Shown in pieces: positions 37,385 through 45,832 of a stretch of DNA of 64,000 nt (positions are counted from its first letter, which is position 1; the number at the start of each line of letters is the position of its first letter). The position numbers and the translations under genes are program-made. Under the pieces are notes generated by a model. The model made no database searches. It saw only the letters and a program-made list of their open reading frames with translations, and was not told where the DNA came from. Origin of the DNA: Clostridiales bacterium. GTDB lineage: Bacteria; Bacillota; Desulfotomaculia; Desulfotomaculales; VENG01. The stretch covers positions 11,560 to 75,559 of the forward strand of contig JAIPEW010000009.1 in NCBI GenBank assembly GCA_021736985.1, given 5' to 3'.

Positions 37385-38578
37385 GTGTTAGATATTAAAA
37401 AAAGCCTGCTGAATAGTTTTTTTGAGAAAATAACTAACGGTGATTTTGAAGTTGTTTACTGGGATGGAGAAAGAAAGCAATATGGAAATGGTGAACCTAA
37501 AGTGAAAATAATCTTTAACAAACCATTATCTGCAGATTACAACTTGGATGATCCTGTGCTAGCATTTGGTGAAGCGTATATGGACGAAATCGTTGATTTT
37601 GAGGGGAGTTTTGAAGAGGTACTGTGGATTGCTACACAAAATGATGATAATTTTAAAGAAAATGGCCTCAGAGAGAAAGCTTTCTCAGCTTTTAAATCTT
37701 TAAATAACCAAATAAAAAATCAAAAGGACAATATTCAACACCATTATGACCTGGGGAATGACTTTTTCTCTCTCTGGCTTGACGAGTCTATGAATTATTC
37801 GTGTGCTTATTTTAAAACACCGGAAGATTCTCTATACCGGGCCCAGTTACAAAAAGTAGACCATGTCATAAAAAAACTCAATTTGCAGCCTGGAGAACGT
37901 TTGCTGGATATAGGAAGCGGTTGGGGATGGTTGATTATAAGGGCAGCACAACAGCATGATGTAAAAGCTACTGGTATAACTATAAGTGAGGAACAGTACA
38001 GGGCTGCCAAAAAGCGAATCGAGGAATTAGGATTGGGAGACCTGGTAGACGTGCTGCTGCTGGATTATCTGGACCTGGATGAAAGCAAGTACCAGTTTGA
38101 TAAAGTGGTAAGCGTGGGCATGTTTGAACATGTAGGCAAGGATAACCTGGGCGTGTATATGGACAAGGTAAATAAGCTCCTGGTACCCGGTGGGCTGTCG
38201 ATGCTGCATACAATCACCGGGGTACAGGAAAAGGGTGTTAATTCGTGGATAGACAAATATATATTTCCCGGCGGTTATATACCTTCCATAAGGGAAACAA
38301 TTTGGCTTTTACCGGAGTATAATTTTCACCTTCTTCATGCCGAGAGCCTGCGCATACACTATGCCATGACCCTGGATCGGTGGTATGAAAATTTCTGCGA
38401 TAATCTGGACTATATTGAGCAGCAATTCGGCCGGCGTTTTGTCCGCATGTGGGGATTGTATTTGCGCAGTTGTGCTGCTTCTTTTAGAGTTTCAGGATTA
38501 AATATTCATCAACTGCTGTTTTCCAAGGGATTAAATAATAATCTTCCATTGACCATGGAATCACTGGTTACCAGTTAA
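37385..38578 (+). CDS. cfa: cyclopropane-fatty-acyl-phospholipid synthase family methyltransferase
   Basis: HYDLGNDFFSLWLDESMNYSCAYF, LLDIGSGWGWL, SVGMFEHVG. GTG 37385 lies after AGAGGTG. Confidence 0.85.
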   Translation: MLDIKKSLLNSFFEKITNGDFEVVYWDGERKQYGNGEPKVKIIFNKPLSADYNLDDPVLAFGEAYMDEIVDFEGSFEEVLWIATQNDDNFKENGLREKAFSAFKSLNNQIKNQKDNIQHHYDLGNDFFSLWLDESMNYSCAYFKTPEDSLYRAQLQKVDHVIKKLNLQPGERLLDIGSGWGWLIIRAAQQHDVKATGITISEEQYRAAKKRIEELGLGDLVDVLLLDYLDLDESKYQFDKVVSVGMFEHVGKDNLGVYMDKVNKLLVPGGLSMLHTITGVQEKGVNSWIDKYIFPGGYIPSIRETIWLLPEYNFHLLHAESLRIHYAMTLDRWYENFCDNLDYIEQQFGRRFVRMWGLYLRSCAASFRVSGLNIHQLLFSKGLNNNLPLTMESLVTS

Positions 38579-38672
38579 CTGTTTGGTGAGAAACGGGTAT
38601 GAATTTGTTCAAAAATAAATAGAAAAGGCATTGTAGTGGTTTATATACAATGCCTTTTTGTATTTATTTTCA

Positions 38673-39212
38673 TTAATAATTTTTGCAAAGTTCTTCAAAA
38701 AATGCTTGAGGATGTACACATACTGGACATACCTTGGGAGCTTCTTCTCCTTCATGAATATGTCCGCAATTTTTACACTTCCAATTTATGCTTTCCTCTC
38801 GTTTAAATACTTTTTCATTTTCAATATTTTCCAAGAGATCTTCATATCTTTCTTCATGCTCTTTTTCTACTGCACCTATACCTTCAAACATTTTAGCTAT
38901 TTTTTCAAAGCCCTCTTCCCGGGCTTCTTTAGCCATTCTAGGATACATGTTTGTCCATTCATCATTTTCCCCTGATGCAGCGGCTTTGAGATTATCAATT
39001 GTACTACCTAATTTTTCTAAAGCTTTAAAATGCAGTTTTGCATGTTCTTTTTCATTATAAGCAGTTTCTTCAAAAATCTCGGCTATTTGTTGATAACCTT
39101 CTTTTTTTGCAACTGAAGCAAAATAAGTGTACATATTTGTAGCCTGGCTCTCACCTGCAAATGCTTCCAAGAGATTTTTTTTAGTTTTTGTTCCTTTTAA
39201 GTTGTTCGACAT
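38673..39212 (-). CDS. rbr: rubrerythrin
   Basis: Diiron four-helix bundle (EExE..H repeats) plus a C-terminal rubredoxin CKNCGH...CPVC. Confidence 0.9.
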   Translation of the reverse strand: MSNNLKGTKTKKNLLEAFAGESQATNMYTYFASVAKKEGYQQIAEIFEETAYNEKEHAKLHFKALEKLGSTIDNLKAAASGENDEWTNMYPRMAKEAREEGFEKIAKMFEGIGAVEKEHEERYEDLLENIENEKVFKREESINWKCKNCGHIHEGEEAPKVCPVCVHPQAFFEELCKNY

Positions 39213-39298
39213 TTAGTAGGTTCCCCCTTTAAATAAACTGGTATTCAGTTTAGATAGATATAAACTTGTAAGAATTAAAAATGCTTATAATAAAAATA

Positions 39299-39328
39299 TA
39301 ACACATTTTAACATATTCTAACACATTT
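39299..39328. repeat. three tandem 10-nt units TAACACATTT / TAACATATTC / TAACACATTT upstream of rbr
   Basis: Direct repeats with a one-helical-turn period, 87-116 nt upstream of the rbr start. Confidence 0.8.
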
Positions 39329-39472
39329 GCTTATATTGTTACAACAATGGGTGAGTTTATAGCTGGTCTATATATTTAATAATAGCGGCTGATTATGCTC
39401 AAAGTTATGTGATATTAAAACAATGTTGTAAAAACTAAAAATTAGTTTTTACACTGTAGAGGTAAAAAAAAT

Positions 39473-39513
39473 AATACCCGGCTGTATTCAATTTAAGAAT
39501 ACAACCGGGTATT
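39473..39513. terminator. bidirectional terminator (17-bp stem, one mismatch)
   Basis: AATACCCGGCTGTATTC-AATTTAA-GAATACAACCGGGTATT, flanked by A8 and T5. Confidence 0.7.
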
Positions 39514-39561
39514 ATTTTTGTTATATGTTTTTTACTTGTTTGTAGTAATCAGTAAGTACTG

Positions 39562-40647
39562 TTAGTTTGATGGAAACTGATTGTTTGCGTATTCAATAAT
39601 TTCTTCTAAAATATCATAATCATACTTTAATTCCCATGTACCATATTTATCTGCAACAAAATCTTTTTCAAAATCTCCAGTATATTTTCCAGTATCAATG
39701 TATTTTTTTATTGTTTTAAAATATTCTTGATAGGCTTCTGCAACTATTTTATCTACCTCTTCAATGCTATAGTCCATATCCGTATATTTATCAATAGAAG
39801 CCTGGAATTTTTTATCAGCATTTAATATTTCTTTTTGTTCTGCTGTCAGGCTATTGTAATCAGCTAGATAAATAGAATGATAACTTGAATTATTATTCTG
39901 GCTGGAATAATCTTCTTTTTCTTTAGTTTCGATTTTTTCATCTTCATCAGAAAGTTTTGGAGCTTTAAATCGGAAATTGTCCACATGAACATCGGATGCA
40001 CTGTACATTCTGATTTTATTGCTTTTTGTTATCTTTTTATCATTTTTACCGGTAAGAGTAACTTTTATTGTTTTTGGCATACCATATTTGATGTAGTCAA
40101 TTACTTTGATGGAAAAACCGTCAATATAGTGGCCCGTATAAGGATCTTCTATGGTATATTCCTCACCAGCAGCAATTTTTTTATTGTCTTTCCACAGCTC
40201 TGCCCTCACTGTATCATCAGGACTGCCTCCGGAAACCGAAACTTTAATATTCATCCGGTATTTAAGAAAATGTTCTGCTTTATTTTTTGCTATTACTTTA
40301 TCTTTTATGACCTGTGATCTTAGATTCTTTTCTATAGCTGTAAAGACCGGCTGCAGTGTTTTTATAAGAAGTGACTTGTGTACTTTGTTTAATCTTTCTT
40401 TTTCTGCATCATCAAAACCTGCCTCATATGTAAAGCCGTGGCCTTGAAGCTCTGCCTGAAGTGCAGCAACAGCGCCGTCATCCGTCCAAATCTTTTTTAC
40501 GTAATTGTTTAGTTCATTTTCTACAGCCTGTTTCATTTCATCCTGTGTTTTTGCCGAGGTCACCTTTTTATACAAAATATTGTACCATTCGGTAGGTGTT
40601 CTACTAGCCTCTGTTGCATAATATTTTTCATATATTTTATCCAGCAT
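39562..40647 (-). CDS. hypothetical protein (361 aa, K/E/D-rich, no TM)
   Basis: ORF only. The ATG directly follows, in the same frame, the TAA of the upstream gene. Confidence 0.55.
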   Translation of the reverse strand: MLDKIYEKYYATEASRTPTEWYNILYKKVTSAKTQDEMKQAVENELNNYVKKIWTDDGAVAALQAELQGHGFTYEAGFDDAEKERLNKVHKSLLIKTLQPVFTAIEKNLRSQVIKDKVIAKNKAEHFLKYRMNIKVSVSGGSPDDTVRAELWKDNKKIAAGEEYTIEDPYTGHYIDGFSIKVIDYIKYGMPKTIKVTLTGKNDKKITKSNKIRMYSASDVHVDNFRFKAPKLSDEDEKIETKEKEDYSSQNNNSSYHSIYLADYNSLTAEQKEILNADKKFQASIDKYTDMDYSIEEVDKIVAEAYQEYFKTIKKYIDTGKYTGDFEKDFVADKYGTWELKYDYDILEEIIEYANNQFPSN

Positions 40648-42017
40648 TTACACCCTTAACTGTTCTGCTTCTTCTGCAAAAGTGTTGAGAGAATAATCAA
40701 TAATAAACATTCCAACGCCGGCGACATTCAATGCAGAACTTCCCCACTGGGCAATGGCGTAACTTAAGAATCCTTTAGTTCCAGTTTGTGAGGCTGTATC
40801 ATATTTACCGTCACTGACTTCTGCCATAATCTGTATCACAGTTGTGGCAACCCCTAAATTTTTCATGATATCATTGGCACCAGTCAACTTTGAAAATTCT
40901 AGTACTTCTTCCATCAGTGTTGTTGAACTGCCCAGCCCTCCGTAAGCGTTTAAAGCCTGGCTCCAGCCTATCATTTCAAGCTTTTTGGAAGCACTTCCTG
41001 CATCCATTTTTCCAATTTTTTCGGCTTCGTTCAATAACTCTTTGTTTGCTGATCCTATGGCAGAAATCTGACGCGGCTTGGCTCTATCGCTCTCTACTAC
41101 CGAAACTACTGTAAGATGGTCCATGTATAAAGATATTTTATCTTTATGAATTGCAGTTCTTACTTGATCCCACGAGCTGGTTTTTTCATTATAATATACA
41201 GCTTCAAGTGATTTTTCCGGATCACTTGATTTAAGTTTACTCCTATCATAGGGAATGTTAATTTTCAAATCACCGTCAAATCTATGAACATTCCCGAGCT
41301 TAATTTCGTATGATTTTACAACATTGGTGATGCCTTGATTGGTTTGAGGTGCTTTTGATGAGTTTTTTATGTCAAGTTTCTCAGCTGTATTAACAGCACC
41401 TGGAGGAAGAGTAATTTCTATGCCGTTGGATGAATATTTCTGGTACTTGTAGCTGGGTATAATAGTATTGTTTTGGACAGTGTCAGTAATATTCTCAGTA
41501 TCTGAAGAACTATGTAAGTCTGAAACAGGTGTTGATGGTGTAACTGCTGTCACGATCATTATTACAAATAAAAGTGAAGCCAGTACACCATTCCTGAGTA
41601 CTTTTAAACGACTGACTGTTTTACCCAACATGGCCCATTTCGGGTTTAAAAGGCCTAGAAGTATCCAGAGACCGGTTCCCAAAAGAAGGACTAAATAGAT
41701 ATCTTGAAATTTGTTTCTAAAAATAAACATTAATATAATAACAGCAAGAGTAATTAACCACTTTAATCTACGCTTCTTTTTATTTTGCAAATTGCTGTAA
41801 TCTTCCTGGTGTGACAGGACTTCTTTATTTTTATCTAATTTTTCATGCGAATTATTTGAATTTTGCTCCTTTAGGGGGAATTGCGCAGAGGATTGGTCGT
41901 TGGTTTTAGTTGATTCAGGGACTTTGTTTACAATTTTGTTTCCACAATTGCCGCAAAATTTATCTCCCGGTTTAACGGTTTTCCGCAATGACCGCAAAAT
42001 TTTGGTTGATGCTCCAT
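40648..42017 (-). CDS. zinc-ribbon / transmembrane / extracytoplasmic-domain protein; N-terminus disrupted by a 1-nt frameshift
   Basis: ATG 42017 lies after GGGAG and encodes MEHQPKFCGHCGK. After the A4 run (41979-41982) the main ORF (TTG 41997) continues with KPGDKFCGNCGNKI. Three or four TM helices, then about 290 aa. Confidence 0.6.
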
Positions 42018-42086
42018 TTATTCACTCCCTTTTTTTAAAACTATTTTACAAGATCTTTTTTGAAAAATATATAGTATTCTGTAACA

Positions 42087-42147
42087 TGACAAGGGGACGG
42101 GGTTGTTGTCACCTTATACTTTAGAGAGAAGATCCCGAAATATACCT
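42087..42147. repeat. copy A of a conserved ~57-nt motif upstream of the zinc-ribbon gene
   Basis: TGACAA-GGGGACGGGG-TTG-TTGTCA-CCTTATACTTTAGAGAGAAGATCCCG...TACCT. Confidence 0.85.
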
Positions 42148-42374
42148 GTAAGTATTTTTTTTCGCAAAAAAATACCTTTATTTTTAAGTAAATATTTTAC
42201 AAGTCATATAATGATATCCTAGGGTCTGCTGAACATAACAAAAATCCAGTAAAATCAAGGATTTATACTCATACTGGCACCAGTGTAACCAGGTGAGATG
42301 ACCACAAAAGCCAGCGAACTGGTTAAATTGGTTCTACTCAAAAGCCAACAAGATACTTCAAGGAGGTAATAAAA

Positions 42375-42500
42375 ATGCCAAAGAAAAAAATTAATAACCC
42401 CATAGAGGGTTACCAAATGACTGATGCTAATAAAATAAAGCTGAATCAAGCACGTGAAAAAGCAGTAATTAATGCAGCAAATCATATGTCAAAAGTGTGA
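42375..42500 (+). CDS. small ORF (41 aa) with a near-perfect SD; the frame stays open past its TGA
   Basis: AAGGAGGTAATAAAA-ATG. Translation is MPKKKINNPIEGYQMTDANKIKLNQAREKAVINAANHMSKV*. Confidence 0.4.
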   Translation: MPKKKINNPIEGYQMTDANKIKLNQAREKAVINAANHMSKV

Positions 42501-42733
42501 CAGTGGCATGAAGAAAGGAACAAGCCCAAGGATCTTGTTGCCTGGGTAGAGTCATTTTTACAAAAAGCTGTGAGCATTATGTCAAACAAAAGGTTCAGCA
42601 ATCTCAATGGGGTGGAAGGTTGAAGGGTTGGGTTAAATAACGACCATGCTAACATTTACTGGGCTGACCCGGTAGATTTCTAGGTACCAGTATTTTCTTG
42701 TGCTTTGGTACCATTAAACCCGGTGATTTCATT

Positions 42734-43396
42734 CTAAACATACTTATGCAAGGTAAAATCTACTTTATCCTTTAACATAACTACAGCTACACTTTTTTCT
42801 ATTTGAAAGTCATCTGCTATAACTTCTACTAAATAAGTTCCCGGATTCAGTTCAGAAAAAGCATAATCGCCGTTTGCCCCTGTGGAGGTTGTCGCCACTA
42901 ACTCATTAGTATCAATATCCTTAACTTCGACTTTAGCTCCTTTAACCGGGTTACCTTTAAGGAATTCAATAACAGTTCCATCTAACATTACGGTACTCAA
43001 ATAAGAAACAATTAGAATCATTGACCCGATAATCGAGACTCTATCTCCTCTGTAACTCACTTTTTTAACTTCAACTTCATGTCTTATTGATTTTATAGAC
43101 CTTGATTTGTCCATATTCGGCAGCTTAATGAATGAAGTAGTTTCCACATCCTTTGTTTTTCTAGTACCTGGTTTTGCATTTTCTGAAACTATATCCTGAT
43201 CAATACTTGCTACAACGAAAAGTCTCAAATTAACATCTACTCGTAACGAGGTCTCCAGCAATTGGGAGCGAAGTGATTGCACGCGGGCATAAACATGGGG
43301 CTCGACAATTCCCTCAGGTAAAAATATAGAACTATACCAATTAAATCTCTTTTTAATTTCTTGGCGAATTTTTTTAGCGTCGGTCATATGCAACAC
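42734..43396 (-). CDS. hypothetical membrane-anchored protein with C-terminal carboxypeptidase-regulatory-like (Ig/prealbumin fold) domain
   Basis: Central TM (VSIIGSMILIVSYLSTVML). C-terminal GKVEVKDIDTNELVATTSTGANGDYAFSELNPGTYLVEV pattern. Likely start is ATG 43387 after GAGGTG. Confidence 0.55.
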   Translation of the reverse strand: MLHMTDAKKIRQEIKKRFNWYSSIFLPEGIVEPHVYARVQSLRSQLLETSLRVDVNLRLFVVASIDQDIVSENAKPGTRKTKDVETTSFIKLPNMDKSRSIKSIRHEVEVKKVSYRGDRVSIIGSMILIVSYLSTVMLDGTVIEFLKGNPVKGAKVEVKDIDTNELVATTSTGANGDYAFSELNPGTYLVEVIADDFQIEKSVAVVMLKDKVDFTLHKYV

Positions 43397-43478
43397 CTCA
43401 TAATTTGTGCAAGTTACATATTTTATGCTTTGTAATTTTGTCCGGTGATATACCCCTTACGTAGGCGTCAAACATTAG

Positions 43479-43535
43479 TGACAGGGGGGACGGGGATATT
43501 GTCAACTTATGCTTTAGAAACAAGATCCCGTACCT
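43479..43535. repeat. copy B of the conserved ~57-nt motif, upstream of 42734-43396
   Basis: TGACA-GGGGGGACGGGG-ATA-TTGTCA-ACTTATGCTTTAGAAACAAGATCCCG-TACCT. Confidence 0.85.
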
Positions 43536-43987
43536 TTAATTATTTCTCTTGCTCTGAGTTACTTTAGACCGGAGGCAATTGTTGACAAACTCGCCCCTGT
43601 AATCGGAATAATTAAAACCTGATTTATTACTTTCTTTAACAATATACATTGCTATATCAGTTTTCTTGGTTAAAACAGACTTCTACAACATTCCCACCGA
43701 ATTCCACTGGCGCGGCCGCTACTTCCATATAATCAACTGCAGTATAACAAAACAGCGCCCATAGCTCACAAAGCCATGGATAGAACCCGGTAACTGGTAC
43801 CGTTGCGAGACAAACAGGGATTATTCTGTGACTTTACGCGGGATGACTTTAGGGATTGGTGAATTGAAAGATATGGAATTAATATGGCACAGTGTTATCT
43901 TGGTTTGTAGATGTGATTTTAAGCACCAAAATGGCACCAAATAAATAAAAGCGACTTCCGAATAATCTCCGAAAGCCGCGTTATTAC

Positions 43988-44062
43988 TGGAGCCGGCGAG
44001 GGGACTTGAACCCCTGACCTACGCATTACGAGTGCGTTGCTCTACCACTGAGCTACGCCGGC
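43988..44062 (-). tRNA. tRNA-Thr (anticodon CGU), CCA encoded
   Basis: Manual cloverleaf: acceptor GCCGGCG/CGCCGGC, D stem GCUC/GAGC, anticodon stem ACGCA/UGCGU with loop CUCGUAA, T stem AGGGG/CCCCU with loop UUCAAGU. 75 nt. Confidence 0.9.
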
Positions 44063-44165
44063 TGATCATATTAAATCCTAACAAAACAAAATTATAACAC
44101 TTTCTTAATTTTATAACAATATACAATAAACATTGTTTGATAGACATGGTAAAAACAAGATGTTA

Positions 44166-44495
44166 TTATTGAGTAATAAAATTGAAAAATTCTTCTAATT
44201 CTGTGCCTTTATCAGAAAGCAGTTCGTCTTTTTGGGCTTCAGTAAGAGCCAGCGGAATGTCCGGGTCATTTTCATCTGGTTTTCCTATAAATATTTTTTG
44301 TATATTTTGCTGTTCTATTGTTGCTATTATCATAATATCGTTTTCAGTTTTGAATCCTGTTCTGAATTCCAGCTCGTCAAAATCGTCAGGTGGATCAGGT
44401 AGATAGGTACAAGCAATCTTTTCATTATGTAAGTTTAAATTCTTTATGTTTTCCATGTTTATATTCTTTCCAATAAATTTGCGAAATCGTTCCAT
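44166..44495 (-). CDS. hypothetical acidic protein (109 aa)
   Basis: ORF with SD AGGAGG upstream. No recognised motif. Confidence 0.5.
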   Translation of the reverse strand: MERFRKFIGKNINMENIKNLNLHNEKIACTYLPDPPDDFDELEFRTGFKTENDIMIIATIEQQNIQKIFIGKPDENDPDIPLALTEAQKDELLSDKGTELEEFFNFITQ

Positions 44496-44576
44496 TAGTT
44501 TTACCTCCTTGGGACAGGAAAATCTTTTTTTAATGTATTTATTATAACACCGTGTTTTGCGGGAGGAAATATTTTA

Positions 44577-45002
44577 ATGAAAATATCTTCAACTGGGAAA
44601 GATAAAAAAAATAATTATAAAACTAATTATACGAAGGTAAATAAGACAGTAGCATTTTCTAAATCTTTAAGTATAGTGCAAAAACAAAATGATGAACAGG
44701 AACTCAAGGCAATGCTGGAAAAAATAACTCTTGTAGGAGAGAGGCTAAAAAAAACATTAAGTGTGAATGATATTTACGAATATAAAAAGCTGGTAAAGGA
44801 TTATTTGTCCAGTGTTGTCAATAATCAATATAAAATAAGCCAGGATAGAACTCTTTATAATGGAATTCTTAGCCGGGTAGAGGTAATAAATCAAAAGATT
44901 GATGAGTTGACAAATAAGTTTTTTGAGGATCAAGAACGGAACCTGTTTATAGCAGGAGAGATAGACCAGATAAAAGGATTATTATTGAACCTGTTATTTT
45001 AA
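44577..45002 (+). CDS. YaaR/DUF327-family protein
   Basis: Size and colinear similarity to B. subtilis YaaR (EYKKLVKDYL..., C-terminal GEIDQIKGLLLNLLF). Confidence 0.7.
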   Translation: MKISSTGKDKKNNYKTNYTKVNKTVAFSKSLSIVQKQNDEQELKAMLEKITLVGERLKKTLSVNDIYEYKKLVKDYLSSVVNNQYKISQDRTLYNGILSRVEVINQKIDELTNKFFEDQERNLFIAGEIDQIKGLLLNLLF

Positions 45003-45032
45003 ACAACCCGGCATATATATGCCGGGTTGTTT
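45001..45032 (+). terminator. rho-independent terminator
   Basis: Stem AAACAACCCGGCAT / ATGCCGGGTTGTTT. Confidence 0.7.
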
Positions 45033-45149
45033 AAAAACGGCAGAAGAAGAATATTTTAAATAATTATATTAATATTGTTGACATGTGTTCGCAAAGAAAT
45101 TATAATTTTAAATGAACATAAGTTCAAAACTATTAGGAGGGTGATCATT

Positions 45150-45410
45150 ATGCCAGGTGGAGATAGAAGAGGTCCAATAGGCGAAGGTCCGAGAACAGGT
45201 CGAGGAGCAGGTTTTTGTTCTGGTAATTCAAGTCCGGGTTTTATGAACAGGTTTTTCTCTGGTCGTAGAAGGCGTTTTGCAAACAATGTTCCTCCTCGCA
45301 GCAGGCAGCAATACAGCGATGAAGATTTTGATGTAACAGATCAGCTGTCATCTTTGAGAGAGCAATTAGACACAATTCAGCAAAAGATAAAAAAAATAGA
45401 AGATAAATAA
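45150..45410 (+). CDS. DUF5320-family protein (Gly/Arg/Pro-rich N-terminus plus C-terminal coiled coil)
   Basis: MPGGDRRGPIGEGPRTGRGAGFCSG is the family signature start. ATG 45150 lies after AGGAGGGTG. Confidence 0.7.
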   Translation: MPGGDRRGPIGEGPRTGRGAGFCSGNSSPGFMNRFFSGRRRRFANNVPPRSRQQYSDEDFDVTDQLSSLREQLDTIQQKIKKIEDK

Positions 45411-45432
45411 ATTTTATCAAGGAGGGAGTATT

Positions 45433-45726
45433 ATGCCTGGACGTTGTTTTTCCCGTGGTCCTGGTAGAGGATTTGGTCCGGGTTTTGGCCGGGGCCCTGG
45501 TAAAGGTTTAGGCCCTGGTTATGGCTGGGGCCGGGGACGTTGCTTAGGCTGGCCTGATACTGCTTATGCAGGTTATTACCCTTACCAATCCATGCCCTAT
45601 GATATTGAATATCAGGATGAACTTTGTATGTTAAAAGAACAAGCCCGCATGATAAAAGAAGAACTTGACATAATAGAAAAAAGAATATCTGAAATGAATG
45701 AACAGCAGCAAGAACAAGAAAGCTAA
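45433..45726 (+). CDS. DUF5320-like paralogue (GPG/RG-rich N-terminus plus coiled coil)
   Basis: MPGRCFSRGPGRGFGPGFGRGPGKGLGPGYGWGRGRC..., C-terminal LKEQARMIKEELDIIEKRISEM. Confidence 0.65.
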   Translation: MPGRCFSRGPGRGFGPGFGRGPGKGLGPGYGWGRGRCLGWPDTAYAGYYPYQSMPYDIEYQDELCMLKEQARMIKEELDIIEKRISEMNEQQQEQES

Positions 45727-45832
45727 TTCATTAAAGGACCTGTAATTATTATAGTCTAAATAATAGTTACCGGTCCTTTAATATTGTAGAAAAATATATG
45801 TAATAAAGGGAGGGGTATCCCTCCCTTGTACT

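Noticed and set aside
39270-39300. Fur/PerR-type 7-1-7 box (TTATAATnATTATAA) upstream of rbr around TTATAATAAAAATATAA.
   Set aside because: Only the left half-site matches and the right half does not. In this AT-rich context the resemblance is not significant.
42255-42485. 76-aa minus-strand ORF between the two motif copies.
   Set aside because: No SD and Cys/Phe/Leu-rich odd composition. It overlaps the plus-strand small ORF, which has a near-perfect SD.
43536-43987. Integrase or att remnants next to tRNA-Thr.
   Set aside because: My six-frame reading gave no recognisable recombinase motif, and no direct repeat of the tRNA 3' end was found. The island idea is kept only as a low-confidence finding.
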